Positions 1-9,780 of a stretch of DNA of 64,000 bases are shown here, piece after piece. A program made the translations under genes and the position numbers. The notes under the pieces were generated by a model. That model worked only from the letters and a program-made list of their open reading frames with translations. It was not told where the DNA came from and ran no database searches. Numbering within the stretch: the first letter of the stretch is position 1; each line of letters opens with the position of its first letter. This DNA comes from a virus, in UHGV virus genome UHGV-2031204. The stretch is one strand, 5' to 3'.

Positions 1-53
1 GCTTTACCACGAGCGTCACGCCGTAGAATTAGTATAACTATAGAGGGTGATTA

Positions 54-78
54 GGGGACTATACGTCCCCTTTTTTTT
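54..78 (+). terminator. rho-independent terminator
   Basis: Hairpin GGGGAC-tatac-GTCCCC followed by T8 (71..78). Confidence 0.6.
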
Positions 79-119
79 GATTTTTACGGTACTGGTATGT
101 ATTTATAGGAGGTGGTACC

Positions 120-524
120 GTGAACGTCGAAGAACCACATTACGATTTTTATAGTTTGTTAGAGAACAACATCTTTCCAGAACGGATTTTAGTTCGCAGT
201 CGTTTAGACGATTTGATTCTGTATACGCTCTTGCCTATATTGGCAAATCACCCTGAGTTTAAAGCATGGCTTAGTGAAATGAAATCCATTGACGAACCTG
301 CTTTGCTACTAAACGATGAGGTTCCGGTAATACGCACGAATTACCACCTTACGAGAACGGAGGTCCATGCGATTACCCCGAAACTAGTTAATTCGTTTAT
401 GTGTGAATTAGCCAACGGGATAAAACGTCAACAGATACCGTTAGTTGAAGCTTTCTCTGTGTTATTGGATGCGGTATATAGTTTCCAGTACCAGGCAACC
501 AATAAGCTGTCAAATATCCATTGA
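120..524 (+). CDS. hypothetical protein (134 aa)
   Basis: ORF with GTG start 6 nt after AGGAGG (108..113); follows the terminator at 54..78. Confidence 0.55.
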   Translation: MNVEEPHYDFYSLLENNIFPERILVRSRLDDLILYTLLPILANHPEFKAWLSEMKSIDEPALLLNDEVPVIRTNYHLTRTEVHAITPKLVNSFMCELANGIKRQQIPLVEAFSVLLDAVYSFQYQATNKLSNIH

Positions 525-543
525 GTTATAGTGGGAGAGAAAA

Positions 544-924
544 ATGAATACTACACTGCGTCCACTGGACGTGATTTTGGTGCATCCGGACGCATTGAGT
601 AAAATTAAGATTCGGAGCCAGCTCGACGAGAAGCTGCTTTCGTCTCTGGAATGGGGTTTTGTGATGCACCCCGGTGAGTATAAAAACACACGATACAATG
701 ATGTTCCAGAAGGTAGTGTGATTGATTGGTCTGTGCCGGAAGGGTTTGAAGATGTCGTTCAGTACATGGCTGAAATGACGGTGCCCTACACGTTACCGAT
801 TGCGGGACCTGCGGAGAATATCATTAGCCTACGCAGATTGGTGAATGCACAACCTGAAAACATCCGTAATGGGGTGGCGTGGACGACAGGAACGGCATGT
901 CATTTGAAGAATATGTTGCAGTGA
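544..924 (+). CDS. hypothetical protein (126 aa)
   Basis: ATG ORF with GGGAGAG upstream; tightly packed after the previous gene. Confidence 0.55.
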   Translation: MNTTLRPLDVILVHPDALSKIKIRSQLDEKLLSSLEWGFVMHPGEYKNTRYNDVPEGSVIDWSVPEGFEDVVQYMAEMTVPYTLPIAGPAENIISLRRLVNAQPENIRNGVAWTTGTACHLKNMLQ

Positions 925-934
925 AAGAATAGTA

Positions 935-978
935 CCCACTACTCGTTTCTGAGTAGTGGGTAGGTTTTCTTTTTTTTG
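935..978. terminator. terminator hairpin between convergent genes
   Basis: Stem CCCACTACTC / GAGTAGTGGG with loop gtttct, then a T-rich run (965..978); lies between + gene ending 924 and - gene ending 979. Confidence 0.55.
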
Positions 979-1791
979 TTACGATTTGAAACGACCGCCT
1001 GACATGTAGTTGTAACGGTTGCCCGAGTCGTCGTTGTGCACCATCGCGCGTTGTAGACGTGGTAAATTGTCGTTGAACATTTCACCCGCATCGGAATAGC
1101 CTTCGATGACATTTTTAAACGCACCGAACTCCATACCGTTTTCGAGACGACCAGAATCCATATCGAAAATCATTTTGTTGTAGATATACTGTTTTGTGGC
1201 GTAAAGTGCCATATCTGCAACAACCGGATAGAAGGCCGGTTTGATTTCGTTTAAGTCTTCAGACATTTCGAATTTAACCTGGAGTTTGGTCGCATAAACG
1301 AACATGCCAGGGTCTTTGATTTTAATCGTGTTAGGTCCAAGCTTTTTCACCTCAGGTGAAGAAATGCGTGGCATTGCAGATTGACTATCCACAACAAATT
1401 GGGTAGAGGCTAGTACACCGGACGTTGCACCATCTAAATAAGACCCAGCAGGCGGTAAAGTATAGGCTTGCCCTGCTACGGGTGTGACGGCCATATGGAC
1501 ATCAAGTATTGGACGTCCACCAGTTTTCATGTCGTCCAGGTAATAGATGCGTGAGTAGTAATCCTGGGTGTCGTTTTCAAAAGGGAGACCCTGTAAATCG
1601 ATCTCTGTGTACTGACCTAAACGAGAGACTTCAGGAATTAAGTATTCCCGAAAAACCTTTTGAGTGATTTCATTGTCCAGCGAACTGGCAACACCAAAGT
1701 TGCGAAGATTTTGAGGTACAAAAGCCGCACGAAGAATCGGTTCGGGAATTTCGCGACGTATTCTCCGTAGACAGTAGTCGATGACGCTCAT
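979..1791 (-). CDS. hypothetical protein (270 aa)
   Basis: Long minus-strand ORF; AGGAG present upstream of its ATG on the minus strand; isolated minus-strand gene among + genes. Confidence 0.55.
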   Translation of the reverse strand: MSVIDYCLRRIRREIPEPILRAAFVPQNLRNFGVASSLDNEITQKVFREYLIPEVSRLGQYTEIDLQGLPFENDTQDYYSRIYYLDDMKTGGRPILDVHMAVTPVAGQAYTLPPAGSYLDGATSGVLASTQFVVDSQSAMPRISSPEVKKLGPNTIKIKDPGMFVYATKLQVKFEMSEDLNEIKPAFYPVVADMALYATKQYIYNKMIFDMDSGRLENGMEFGAFKNVIEGYSDAGEMFNDNLPRLQRAMVHNDDSGNRYNYMSGGRFKS

Positions 1792-1900
1792 TGCGTGCTC
1801 CTAATAGGCTCTGTAAAACGGTTCATAGGATCGGGTAATAGTCCAACCCTGCCTTACTAAAAAATACACTCTGTGCCCTTCCTGTGCGCACTATACTCGA

Positions 1901-1930
1901 ATAATTTTTGTATAGATATTATCTTAATGA
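1901..1930 (+). promoter_or_regulatory. conserved promoter-like motif, copy 1 (TAGATATTATCTTaATGA)
   Basis: AT-rich stretch plus TAGATATTATCTT core, about 45 nt upstream of the ATG at 1958; one of 7 similar copies in the window. Confidence 0.45.
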
Positions 1931-1957
1931 TGTTCCCTTAAAGGAGTATTAACGTTA

Positions 1958-2281
1958 ATGACGCGCGTGCTATTTGGTTTTCTGCTAGACTCTAGCCATT
2001 CAGTTCGCTATCGTCCTGAGGAGATTTTAGAAGCGATACAAGAACTGATTTTTCCGGGTGTTCACAATTTACCTGGAGATCGGTTGAAGGTGGCAGAAAG
2101 ATATTTTGGTTCGGATGCGTGGTTTATGATCAGTGCGTTGGGTCGTGACCACAGTAGTCCTTTCTCTTATAAAAATGGAGTTGTGCAAACGTGGTCAAAA
2201 TACACTTCAATCCAGCTACAGTTTATCATAACTTCTGGGCAGCGATGGAAAAAACATCCTACGCTTCCGCTTTGCGGATGA
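1958..2281 (+). CDS. hypothetical protein (107 aa)
   Basis: ATG ORF with AAGGAG (1941..1946) upstream. Confidence 0.5.
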   Translation: MTRVLFGFLLDSSHSVRYRPEEILEAIQELIFPGVHNLPGDRLKVAERYFGSDAWFMISALGRDHSSPFSYKNGVVQTWSKYTSIQLQFIITSGQRWKKHPTLPLCG

Positions 2282-2817
2282 CAGTAAAAGAAAAACAGGC
2301 CGTTACTGTACAACTGATACACACAGCATTAGAGGATATTTTTCACTCAATCCCCAGAATGCCGAATAGTCGGCTGCCGGATTTTTTAGACCAGTTCACG
2401 GATGCTTACACCCTAACGAATTTACTGGTTGCAGATGGTCGTGTAAAACCACCTAAAACCATGAAGTGTCGTCAGGTTCTTGTCCATCGTTCAGCGTTTG
2501 GTGAAGTTGCAACAGAACAAGAACGTGAGGTTTGTGTCCTACGTTCGAAGACATATCTCCTGGGGTTGGCGTTTGATGACTGTTACGACGGTTTGTTGTG
2601 TGATGTCGAATCTTTAGTTAGGGAAGGGTTTGAGGCTGTCGGGGAAGTTTTCAATCCTTATTTAACGGTTGAGATTGAACCACACCTTACACCGAGAGGT
2701 CAAATTGCGATGATGGAGCTTCGTCTTGGAGAAGATATCCGATTTATCCACTACCGGAACTGTTTCCCGGATAAAAGATACGATCCGGATTACCTTACTC
2801 GATCACGTGACGTATAA
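2278..2817 (+). CDS. hypothetical protein (about 179 aa)
   Basis: Track ORF 2191..2817 trimmed to the ATG at 2278, which forms an ATGA overlap with the upstream stop (2279..2281). Confidence 0.5.
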   Translation: MTVKEKQAVTVQLIHTALEDIFHSIPRMPNSRLPDFLDQFTDAYTLTNLLVADGRVKPPKTMKCRQVLVHRSAFGEVATEQEREVCVLRSKTYLLGLAFDDCYDGLLCDVESLVREGFEAVGEVFNPYLTVEIEPHLTPRGQIAMMELRLGEDIRFIHYRNCFPDKRYDPDYLTRSRDV

Positions 2818-3157
2818 GGCGTACCAGCGTATACTCGCGGACGAAAGGTTGTCATCGTATTCAGGGACAGATGCTGAACAGTTAAAATATGTCATACTGT
2901 CCCTACTGGAGTATCTCATTCCTAATTTTACGGAATCGGGAATGTGGGATGCTAACTGTGCTGCAACGATAGTACGGTCTTATCGACCTCGGTCTACAGA
3001 GGAAGATGTTCGTCTGATAACATCTTACGTCCGTGGTGCACTATGTGAGGAAATGGGCATTCCTCCCAAAGGGTGGCGTTTTTATTATCGGATAGACGGA
3101 CATTTTCTTCGTTTTATTCCAAAGAAGGTAACGGATGTTTATGACGATCTTTATTGA
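2807..3157 (+). CDS. hypothetical protein, start uncertain
   Basis: Track ORF 2726..3157; no ATG lies after the upstream stop, so an in-frame GTG at 2807 is proposed. Start is uncertain. Confidence 0.4.
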   Translation: MTYKAYQRILADERLSSYSGTDAEQLKYVILSLLEYLIPNFTESGMWDANCAATIVRSYRPRSTEEDVRLITSYVRGALCEEMGIPPKGWRFYYRIDGHFLRFIPKKVTDVYDDLY

Positions 3158-3542
3158 GTTTCCGTGGACAACTGCAGAAATTCTGAAGGTAATAAAACGC
3201 GCCGCGTATCTTCAATACCTGGATGTTTCGGATACAGTAGATTATTACGTAGAACAGCTCGTTAGGCTGGAGGTATTACGTCGAAAGTATTGCATCGACG
3301 AACTTACAGTACGTGAGCTGTTTGCGGACATTATTCGGCGGTATCCGATTGTAGAATCGGAGAGTCCGAACAGTTACTGTATTAATCATGTTATTGAAGT
3401 TGAGCTTCTGAATTCAGTGTCGTTATGGGCGCGACTTGAAGAAGAAGTGGTGGTTTTACCGAATGAAGGTTTTCTTCTGTTCCACACAGGTTCTGGCGTT
3501 TGGCGAATGTTTACAACAGGAGGGGTAGCGTATGGTGCGTGA
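3135..3542 (+). CDS. hypothetical protein (135 aa)
   Basis: ORF in the tightly packed + strand block; short overlap with the upstream gene. Confidence 0.5.
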   Translation: MFMTIFIEFPWTTAEILKVIKRAAYLQYLDVSDTVDYYVEQLVRLEVLRRKYCIDELTVRELFADIIRRYPIVESESPNSYCINHVIEVELLNSVSLWARLEEEVVVLPNEGFLLFHTGSGVWRMFTTGGVAYGA

Positions 3543-4041
3543 GAGTTATTTTATCATACCTGACTATCAATTTATTTGCGGACCGCTGACGGAGTTTGAT
3601 CCGAACGCGATATTGCGCGAAGTCTGTACCGATTTAAATACGGTACTGAATTATGTTTGGGAGTATGCGTTAACGGGGCACTTCCCGAAGTTAAATCGTT
3701 ACGCGTTACAAGGAACGTTTGATTTTATTGGACGGGAACTTAACAGCCACGGCGTCTTGTTGGAGGGTGAGCGTGCGTTAGAGTATGTAAGAGCGACGCA
3801 GGAGGTAGCGAAGGCTTTTGTGACAGCGGTGTCGACAGAGCCGTACTGGTTTACACGATACGGCCAGTGGATAGGTGCACGTTATTGTGCACAAAAGCCT
3901 GGCGCGGTAGAGTTCCTTGTAAGGTACGAAGAGGTGAAGTATCCTGAATACGAGGAACCCGCTTTGTTACAACAACTCACCCCAAAAATACAAACGCTTA
4001 CAGAAATGTTGCTGGGTAATCTGGCTGGGAAGGTCTTATAA
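3532..4041 (+). CDS. hypothetical protein (169 aa)
   Basis: ORF with ATG at 3532, overlapping the upstream stop by 11 nt. Confidence 0.5.
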   Translation: MVRESYFIIPDYQFICGPLTEFDPNAILREVCTDLNTVLNYVWEYALTGHFPKLNRYALQGTFDFIGRELNSHGVLLEGERALEYVRATQEVAKAFVTAVSTEPYWFTRYGQWIGARYCAQKPGAVEFLVRYEEVKYPEYEEPALLQQLTPKIQTLTEMLLGNLAGKVL

Positions 4042-4547
4042 TGCAGTATGTTTATTACGTCGCGCAAGAGGTACAAAGTTACGGTAGAACCCGTTTTTAC
4101 GAAGCAGTACGTGATGTGTTGGTGGACGTTTTAGAAACGAATCGTTTAGACGTTTTCGAACACGATATTCGTCGACTCTATGAAGACTTCGGTACCGCAT
4201 ACATTATCGCGGCGAAGTCCCATAATCCCGAGTTGTTAAAAGAACTGCTTACTGTTACTGCATACGACGAAAATGCTATTCCTGGCGAAACCGTAGAAAG
4301 TATCACCTTCCTTTCTACGATAGGTGATGAAGACAGTCATCTTGCGGCAATTTGTCACGCGGCGGATATTCTACAGCGTGAGCTCCAGTCGCAGACAGGA
4401 TTGGCTGCGTTAATTAATTCTATGTTTCCTGGTTCATTGACGCGTTGGATTGGGGAAACATTCAGCGATCTGGTGTTGGTCTGCTATGAAACTGTTTATG
4501 GAAATTTCGGAAGTGTATCTCCCGGAACGCCTACATTCGCGGGTTGA
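4041..4547 (+). CDS. hypothetical protein (168 aa)
   Basis: TAATG stop/start overlap with the upstream gene, suggesting translational coupling. Confidence 0.55.
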   Translation: MQYVYYVAQEVQSYGRTRFYEAVRDVLVDVLETNRLDVFEHDIRRLYEDFGTAYIIAAKSHNPELLKELLTVTAYDENAIPGETVESITFLSTIGDEDSHLAAICHAADILQRELQSQTGLAALINSMFPGSLTRWIGETFSDLVLVCYETVYGNFGSVSPGTPTFAG

Positions 4548-4917
4548 GAATGCGGATATTGGTTCGGTAGCACCGTATATGGCGTACTGGTTCCTGGCGA
4601 AGTATGCAGAAGAATCTGTACGTTCAGTGGTACGTCGTTTGGGTGAGGGTGAAACGTTTCTGACGTTCATCCCACCCAACCATCAATTTATTTTCACACA
4701 ACTAGCACAACTGTTCTCAGTCGATGAAGTGCGTATATTCTCCCATTCTTTGTTGCAGTTTGAAATAGAAAAGGATGTGGACTATTTTCGTATCCGTAAT
4801 TTGGTGGAAACACTCTGGCGACAGTCTGGGTTAACGCCGGAAGAAGGATCGAAGAAAACCAAAGTATCTTTGTTTATGAATGAGATTGGGAGTGGTTTTA
4901 TTTGCATAGAGGTTTGA
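4486..4917 (+). CDS. hypothetical protein, start uncertain
   Basis: Track ORF 4450..4917; candidate starts are ATG 4486 or ATG 4579, neither with a clear Shine-Dalgarno sequence. Confidence 0.4.
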   Translation: MKLFMEISEVYLPERLHSRVENADIGSVAPYMAYWFLAKYAEESVRSVVRRLGEGETFLTFIPPNHQFIFTQLAQLFSVDEVRIFSHSLLQFEIEKDVDYFRIRNLVETLWRQSGLTPEEGSKKTKVSLFMNEIGSGFICIEV

Positions 4918-5532
4918 ATGTACAAAGTACGGGGTGATCATTTCATCCGTCCGAACTTAGGGTTACTGGAATACGCCACAGGTGGCGATTTCTATAAAGA
5001 TAAGTTAGTAAGAACCCTAATGCGCTTTCGCTGTATGCGAGTGTCTTTTCCTGCAACGATAGAGACGACGGATGAAGCAACGCGATATATCAATACCGCG
5101 ATTAGCGAGTTATCGAAAGCGTGTAACTTTCCTGGCAATAAAAGGGAACTGAAAGAGTTAGACAGTTACCTGAAACGGTTAAACGATGAATACCGGCAGT
5201 GGGAATTTAACTCAATGATGGAAACCAGTTATACGGAAGACATGATTGAGGATATGCGACCCCTCCTGGAAATCTATGAGTTATGTAAAATACAAGGCGG
5301 GTCTTCTTGGGATGTGTTGCGTGAACACGCGATAGAAATTCTTCGCGATAATATTCTCCAGATTTACGAGAATGATTGCGAACCCGTTATCCAGCTCTTT
5401 CGTACCGCACACAAATGTGGTATTGAGGGCCTGTGTTTAAACTTATCGTTACACGATGACTTAGGTACCGTTTCAGGTGTTTACGCTACGTTCCATCTGG
5501 ACATCACAATGTTGAGGAGTGATAATGTTTGA
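4918..5532 (+). CDS. hypothetical protein (204 aa)
   Basis: ATG immediately after the upstream TGA (4915..4917). Confidence 0.55.
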   Translation: MYKVRGDHFIRPNLGLLEYATGGDFYKDKLVRTLMRFRCMRVSFPATIETTDEATRYINTAISELSKACNFPGNKRELKELDSYLKRLNDEYRQWEFNSMMETSYTEDMIEDMRPLLEIYELCKIQGGSSWDVLREHAIEILRDNILQIYENDCEPVIQLFRTAHKCGIEGLCLNLSLHDDLGTVSGVYATFHLDITMLRSDNV

Positions 5533-5938
5533 TTTTAGTAACATTGAACCAGGGTCTATCGTAAATATTGTTTACGATACCCCGTTAAAAGGTAATGAAA
5601 CGCGAGTGCGTGTACTCGCGTCTAAAGTCGGCTATGAGTTTGCAAAAACCGCAGGCGAAGATCTGGCTGCTATCCAGAAGAACATTTATTCGTCGTTAGT
5701 AGCACAACCTTCAAATGACCTCACTGCGTATAACTATATGCTGTTCCGCGATTCTACAGGTAAAGTAGGCGTTGCGGCAGATGCATGGGTACGCGAAGTA
5801 AGGGTAATTACCAGTTTGACAGCACGTTTTGTTGTACAGCTCGATAACAAGCAGGAGAAAGAAGACCTGGAAGCTGCGTTGGCAGCACGTGGGTTTAATG
5901 ATGTGGAAATCGAGATCATTGAAAACGCGGCAGGTTAA
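5519..5938 (+). CDS. hypothetical protein (139 aa)
   Basis: GAGGAG upstream of the ATG; followed by the terminator at 5945..5986. Confidence 0.55.
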   Translation: MIMFDFSNIEPGSIVNIVYDTPLKGNETRVRVLASKVGYEFAKTAGEDLAAIQKNIYSSLVAQPSNDLTAYNYMLFRDSTGKVGVAADAWVREVRVITSLTARFVVQLDNKQEKEDLEAALAARGFNDVEIEIIENAAG

Positions 5939-5944
5939 TCGAAA

Positions 5945-5986
5945 ATGTCCTCTCTTCGGAGAGGACATTCTTCTTTCTTTTTTTTC
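5945..5986 (+). terminator. rho-independent terminator
   Basis: Stem GTCCTCTC / GAGAGGAC with loop ttcg, then a T-rich run ending in T8. Confidence 0.6.
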
Positions 5987-6039
5987 ACGTTACCCACCCT
6001 CCTTATAGCCGAGTTAAACTGCCTTTTTAGAGGACAGCC

Positions 6040-8352
6040 GTGGAATACATTTCTCCTTTTCGTTTAACGGTAGATGAATACCATCGTGATATCGATGTCA
6101 ACGATGCCTACCGCGAACAAGTCGCGTTATACATTCATAACGTGACAGCACAAAAATACCCTTTAGAGTTTTGTCGTCAGGAAGTTGATGCTCTTATTGC
6201 ACCTGGCGGTGAGTTAGCAACTGAATCTCCTGTGTGTAAGATGTGGGTGCGTAATCAGAAAACGGGCGATCGTGAGGAAAAATACACAACCGTCGATAAG
6301 TTATTTAAAACCGTCATTGACAAACAGATTATCTCCGCACCTTCGTTAACTTTTTATTTGCCCGAACACGTCAAACGTTCTAAGTTATCTGAATTCACAG
6401 CAGCTAACGTAGCGAAACGTGCCGCGGTAAAAAAGGAAATGTTTGCTGCTGCAGCAGCAGGCAATGAAGTATTAAAGATCAACAAAAAGAACGAACAGAA
6501 CGCGGTCAAGACGCTGAATAACGGAATGTCGGGTGCATTTTCCTCTCCGTACACGATTATTTTCAACCAGTCTTCACACTCCGTACTAACGTCCACTTGT
6601 CGTACTGCAACTTCGTTCGGCAATGCTGGTAATGAACGTTTATTAGGCGGTAATCGGCATTACGATACCCCGTCGCGTATTATCGATCATTTCTTATCTA
6701 TCGGTACCTTAACCGATTGGAATAGCTTTAAGAAATGTATGGAGACGTATGAGCTTCATTACCCGTCGGTAGAAGAGGTGATGGAAGTTATTCATTATTC
6801 TGCCGATTTCTACTTTAAGAGCGAAGCGGGGATGGAGTTCGTTGAGCATTACGTTAGTAATGTATCGCCGTTGACGCGTGCCGCGTTTGTTTACATGGGT
6901 GATTTTTTCCACCTGGCGAAATACAACGATAAGTTCATGCGCGACTTTATTGGCGCATTGATTACCCCTGATGTGCGTGTTGATACTGAGGGCTGGACTG
7001 ATACGGACTGGGTTGCTGCTGAGAAGACCATCGATGGTGATATGCAGATTATTATCTCACAGTTCCGTACCGACGTAGTACCGATGGGTAAGGCGTTCAG
7101 TGACGTTAAGAAATTTGACGGTAATAAAAAACCCTTGCCGTGGGATCAGCAGGACGGTTATAAAGAACTAATTCGTTCCGCGTTGTTCTTACAGAAAACG
7201 ATCGGTAAATACGCACTACTGATTCGCAATATTCTTACCACGAAAAATTTACCGATCAATATTGCCCGAATGCCGGATGTGGTTCGTCGTGTAGGTGTAG
7301 TGTCTGATACTGACTCTACAATGATGACTGCGCAATGGTGGGCAATCTGGTACACCGGTAAACATTACGGTGAAGTAGCGACCCGTGTTTCCAATGCGAT
7401 GATCTATATTGCGACACAGCACTTACGACATTTGATGGCGAGCATGTCAGCAAACATCGGTGTGGCGAAGGAGCGTTTGTTCCTGTATGCAATGAAGAAC
7501 GAATTTAAGTTTGATTCGTTTGCACTGACTACCAAAGCAAAACATTACTTCTCGTTGATTACCGGACAGGAAGGCCAGCTGAAAAAAGATCCCGAGCTGG
7601 AAGTAAAAGGTGTGTCTTTACGTACATCTAACATTCCTCCGATTATCATGAAGGAGTTTAAGAACACCATCAAAGGGTTATGTGAAGTTGTTGCCCGTGG
7701 TGATCAGATCGAAATCATTCCGTTGCTGGAAAAGGTTGCCCAAATCGAACACACGATTATGGATTCTATTCGTTCTGGGAATCCAGGGTATTTGAAAACG
7801 ACTAACATTAAGGAACGTAGCGCTTATAACGAGAAGGATGAAAAGAACTACCATTACCACCGAATGTATAATGCTATCTTTGGTCCGAAGTTTGGTTATT
7901 TGGAAGAACCGCCCTACGATGCTGTGAAACTTCCGGTAACGTTGGAAAACAAAACGAAGATTAAAGAATGGATTGACAGTATCGAAGATCCGATTATCAA
8001 GAACGGTGCATCGGCGTGGTTTGAGGAGACAAATTTCCGTAAATATAAAACGTTGATTCTACCAGAGCATTTGGTGGAAAACTACGGTATTCCTAAAGAA
8101 CTGATCGATATCGCAGATATCCGTCGTACTGCTTTCTCTACGGTTGAACCGTATTATCACATTCTTGAATGCTTAGGTGTGTTCATGATGGATAAGAATA
8201 GGATGAGACTGTTATCAGATTTCTACGATAGAGTCGAGGAAGAAGACGAGCTGTACAAGGAATTAGCAGAAGTACAATACGTTAAGAAATCGGAGAGGGC
8301 AGGAGATGACGAAGAAGATGAAGACGAAGAAGAGGTTTTTGACGACGAGTGA
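6040..8352 (+). CDS. family-B DNA polymerase, polymerase part (motifs B and C), with acidic C-terminal tail
   Basis: 770 aa; GTG start after AGAGGA. Contains VVSDTDS (resembles motif C YGDTDS) and K-x3-NNG-x-SG (resembles motif B K-x3-NS-x-YG). No exonuclease motifs; C-terminus is ...DDEEDEDEEEVFDDE. Confidence 0.6.
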   Translation: MEYISPFRLTVDEYHRDIDVNDAYREQVALYIHNVTAQKYPLEFCRQEVDALIAPGGELATESPVCKMWVRNQKTGDREEKYTTVDKLFKTVIDKQIISAPSLTFYLPEHVKRSKLSEFTAANVAKRAAVKKEMFAAAAAGNEVLKINKKNEQNAVKTLNNGMSGAFSSPYTIIFNQSSHSVLTSTCRTATSFGNAGNERLLGGNRHYDTPSRIIDHFLSIGTLTDWNSFKKCMETYELHYPSVEEVMEVIHYSADFYFKSEAGMEFVEHYVSNVSPLTRAAFVYMGDFFHLAKYNDKFMRDFIGALITPDVRVDTEGWTDTDWVAAEKTIDGDMQIIISQFRTDVVPMGKAFSDVKKFDGNKKPLPWDQQDGYKELIRSALFLQKTIGKYALLIRNILTTKNLPINIARMPDVVRRVGVVSDTDSTMMTAQWWAIWYTGKHYGEVATRVSNAMIYIATQHLRHLMASMSANIGVAKERLFLYAMKNEFKFDSFALTTKAKHYFSLITGQEGQLKKDPELEVKGVSLRTSNIPPIIMKEFKNTIKGLCEVVARGDQIEIIPLLEKVAQIEHTIMDSIRSGNPGYLKTTNIKERSAYNEKDEKNYHYHRMYNAIFGPKFGYLEEPPYDAVKLPVTLENKTKIKEWIDSIEDPIIKNGASAWFEETNFRKYKTLILPEHLVENYGIPKELIDIADIRRTAFSTVEPYYHILECLGVFMMDKNRMRLLSDFYDRVEEEDELYKELAEVQYVKKSERAGDDEEDEDEEEVFDDE

Positions 8353-8584
8353 GATTAATTCGATCCCGTGTAACGAACGTTGGTTCCGACTAAAGCCTGT
8401 TGTCAGTTTCGAAATCTACTACGACGATCCGTTAAACGGGTGGTTAGCACACGTAACCGGGCAGAATGTTTTTGTCATGGGATACGGATTACGGTAAAAA
8501 GAAAGTAAACGTTGCACCAAAGTGCAACGTTTTAACTCTATTATATGGGGATTCGAAAGAATCCTCAGCGGGGGAGAGTAAGTC

Positions 8585-9646
8585 TTAATTTTCTAATGCC
8601 TGATATAATGGTAAAATTAACTCGTGTCGATAGTAATTTCTAGCCGACCGTGTAAGTTTTTCCAATATCTTCGCATCTTCGAATCTGGCTATACGCACCA
8701 TTAAATTGGATTTGTATTTGCTCATACTCGAGTTGTCGAACTGTAAGCAGAACAACGCCCAATACCAGTTCACGATGTTTCGATGCCAACTACCCTGAAT
8801 GGTTGAGCCTGGGTCTTTAAAAAGGATGCGGTCTACCGCAGTGGTAGGGTGTGCCGGATCATCAAAGAACTGTGGAATGTGTGCCATGACCACACCAGGT
8901 AAAGGTTTACCTGCACGAAGTGCTTTACACACTTGCGTTGCGTGTTTAATTGAAAGTTCACGTAAAGGCGGTGTAGGGACAACACGAAGTGGTGTTTCGG
9001 GTTCGACTTCTTTACCTGTTGCGACAGCGCGATGAATATTTAAAAATGCGATATTCATGTAGCTGGGTAGCATACGGTAAATGATGTGTCGCTGCGCGTA
9101 AACTACACGGTTAATCGGTTCGGATTGCGTTCGGTAATATTGTTCTGCAAGAACGTATTGCCATAGCAGTGCAACCAGATTAATTTCAATAATACTGATG
9201 CCACGGGGTTTGCCGTTCCCGAGACTCCAGTTAAGATTCGTGTACTCGTGATAAAGATAAACTGCAGGTGTGTAGTCACGAAAAGACAGTTCAGGATCAA
9301 TAGGACGTGCGACGAGTGAAATAATCTCATCTTGCCCTTCGATAAAGATCCCATTGAAAACTTGACCATACTCCCCCACAGAAGTTAGGTGTAGTGCATT
9401 ACCGATATCGGAAAGTTTGCGTCGACATGCCCACTCGATCTCTTCGTAGCTGGGTTCACCCGCATATCCGATAGCCGCTAAGATTTTGAGTACCAGATGG
9501 CCTGAAACAACACGGGTTTGAATGGACTCTAAATAGTTGCGAATGCGCTGATTATTATTTTTTACGGCACTGACCAATTGTATAGCGGAAGGGTCTTCGA
9601 ATTTACCCTTTATGGCTGCTTGGTTTAACTCGGCTTGACTGAACAT
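8585..9646 (-). CDS. hypothetical protein (353 aa)
   Basis: Minus-strand ORF with AAGGAG upstream of its ATG; divergent from the 9855 gene. No motif recognised. Confidence 0.55.
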   Translation of the reverse strand: MFSQAELNQAAIKGKFEDPSAIQLVSAVKNNNQRIRNYLESIQTRVVSGHLVLKILAAIGYAGEPSYEEIEWACRRKLSDIGNALHLTSVGEYGQVFNGIFIEGQDEIISLVARPIDPELSFRDYTPAVYLYHEYTNLNWSLGNGKPRGISIIEINLVALLWQYVLAEQYYRTQSEPINRVVYAQRHIIYRMLPSYMNIAFLNIHRAVATGKEVEPETPLRVVPTPPLRELSIKHATQVCKALRAGKPLPGVVMAHIPQFFDDPAHPTTAVDRILFKDPGSTIQGSWHRNIVNWYWALFCLQFDNSSMSKYKSNLMVRIARFEDAKILEKLTRSARNYYRHELILPLYQALEN

Positions 9647-9700
9647 GACTTACTCCTTGGGGTTACACATAGGAAACGGTCACAGTCTCACTCACATTGA

Positions 9701-9731
9701 AAAATATCTGAGAAAGATATTATCTATGTGA
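9701..9731 (+). promoter_or_regulatory. conserved promoter-like motif, copy 2 (AAGATATTATCTATGTGA)
   Basis: One of two tandem copies, 80 bp apart, upstream of the strongly codon-optimised gene at 9855. Confidence 0.5.
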
Positions 9732-9780
9732 TGGTTCGGTAGTTAATCATTTTAAGCTATGTGTGTTTTACGTGTATTCT

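Noticed and set aside
8306-8497. 63-aa + ORF overlapping the acidic tail of the polymerase gene
   Set aside because: Starts inside the 6040..8352 gene with no independent RBS; likely a spurious overlapping frame. The hairpin at about 8500..8535 lacks a good T-run.
8585-9646. Minus-strand 353-aa protein considered as thymidylate synthase or ThyX, as a partner for DHFR
   Set aside because: No ThyA motif (PCH active site) and no ThyX RHR-x-S motif seen; left hypothetical.
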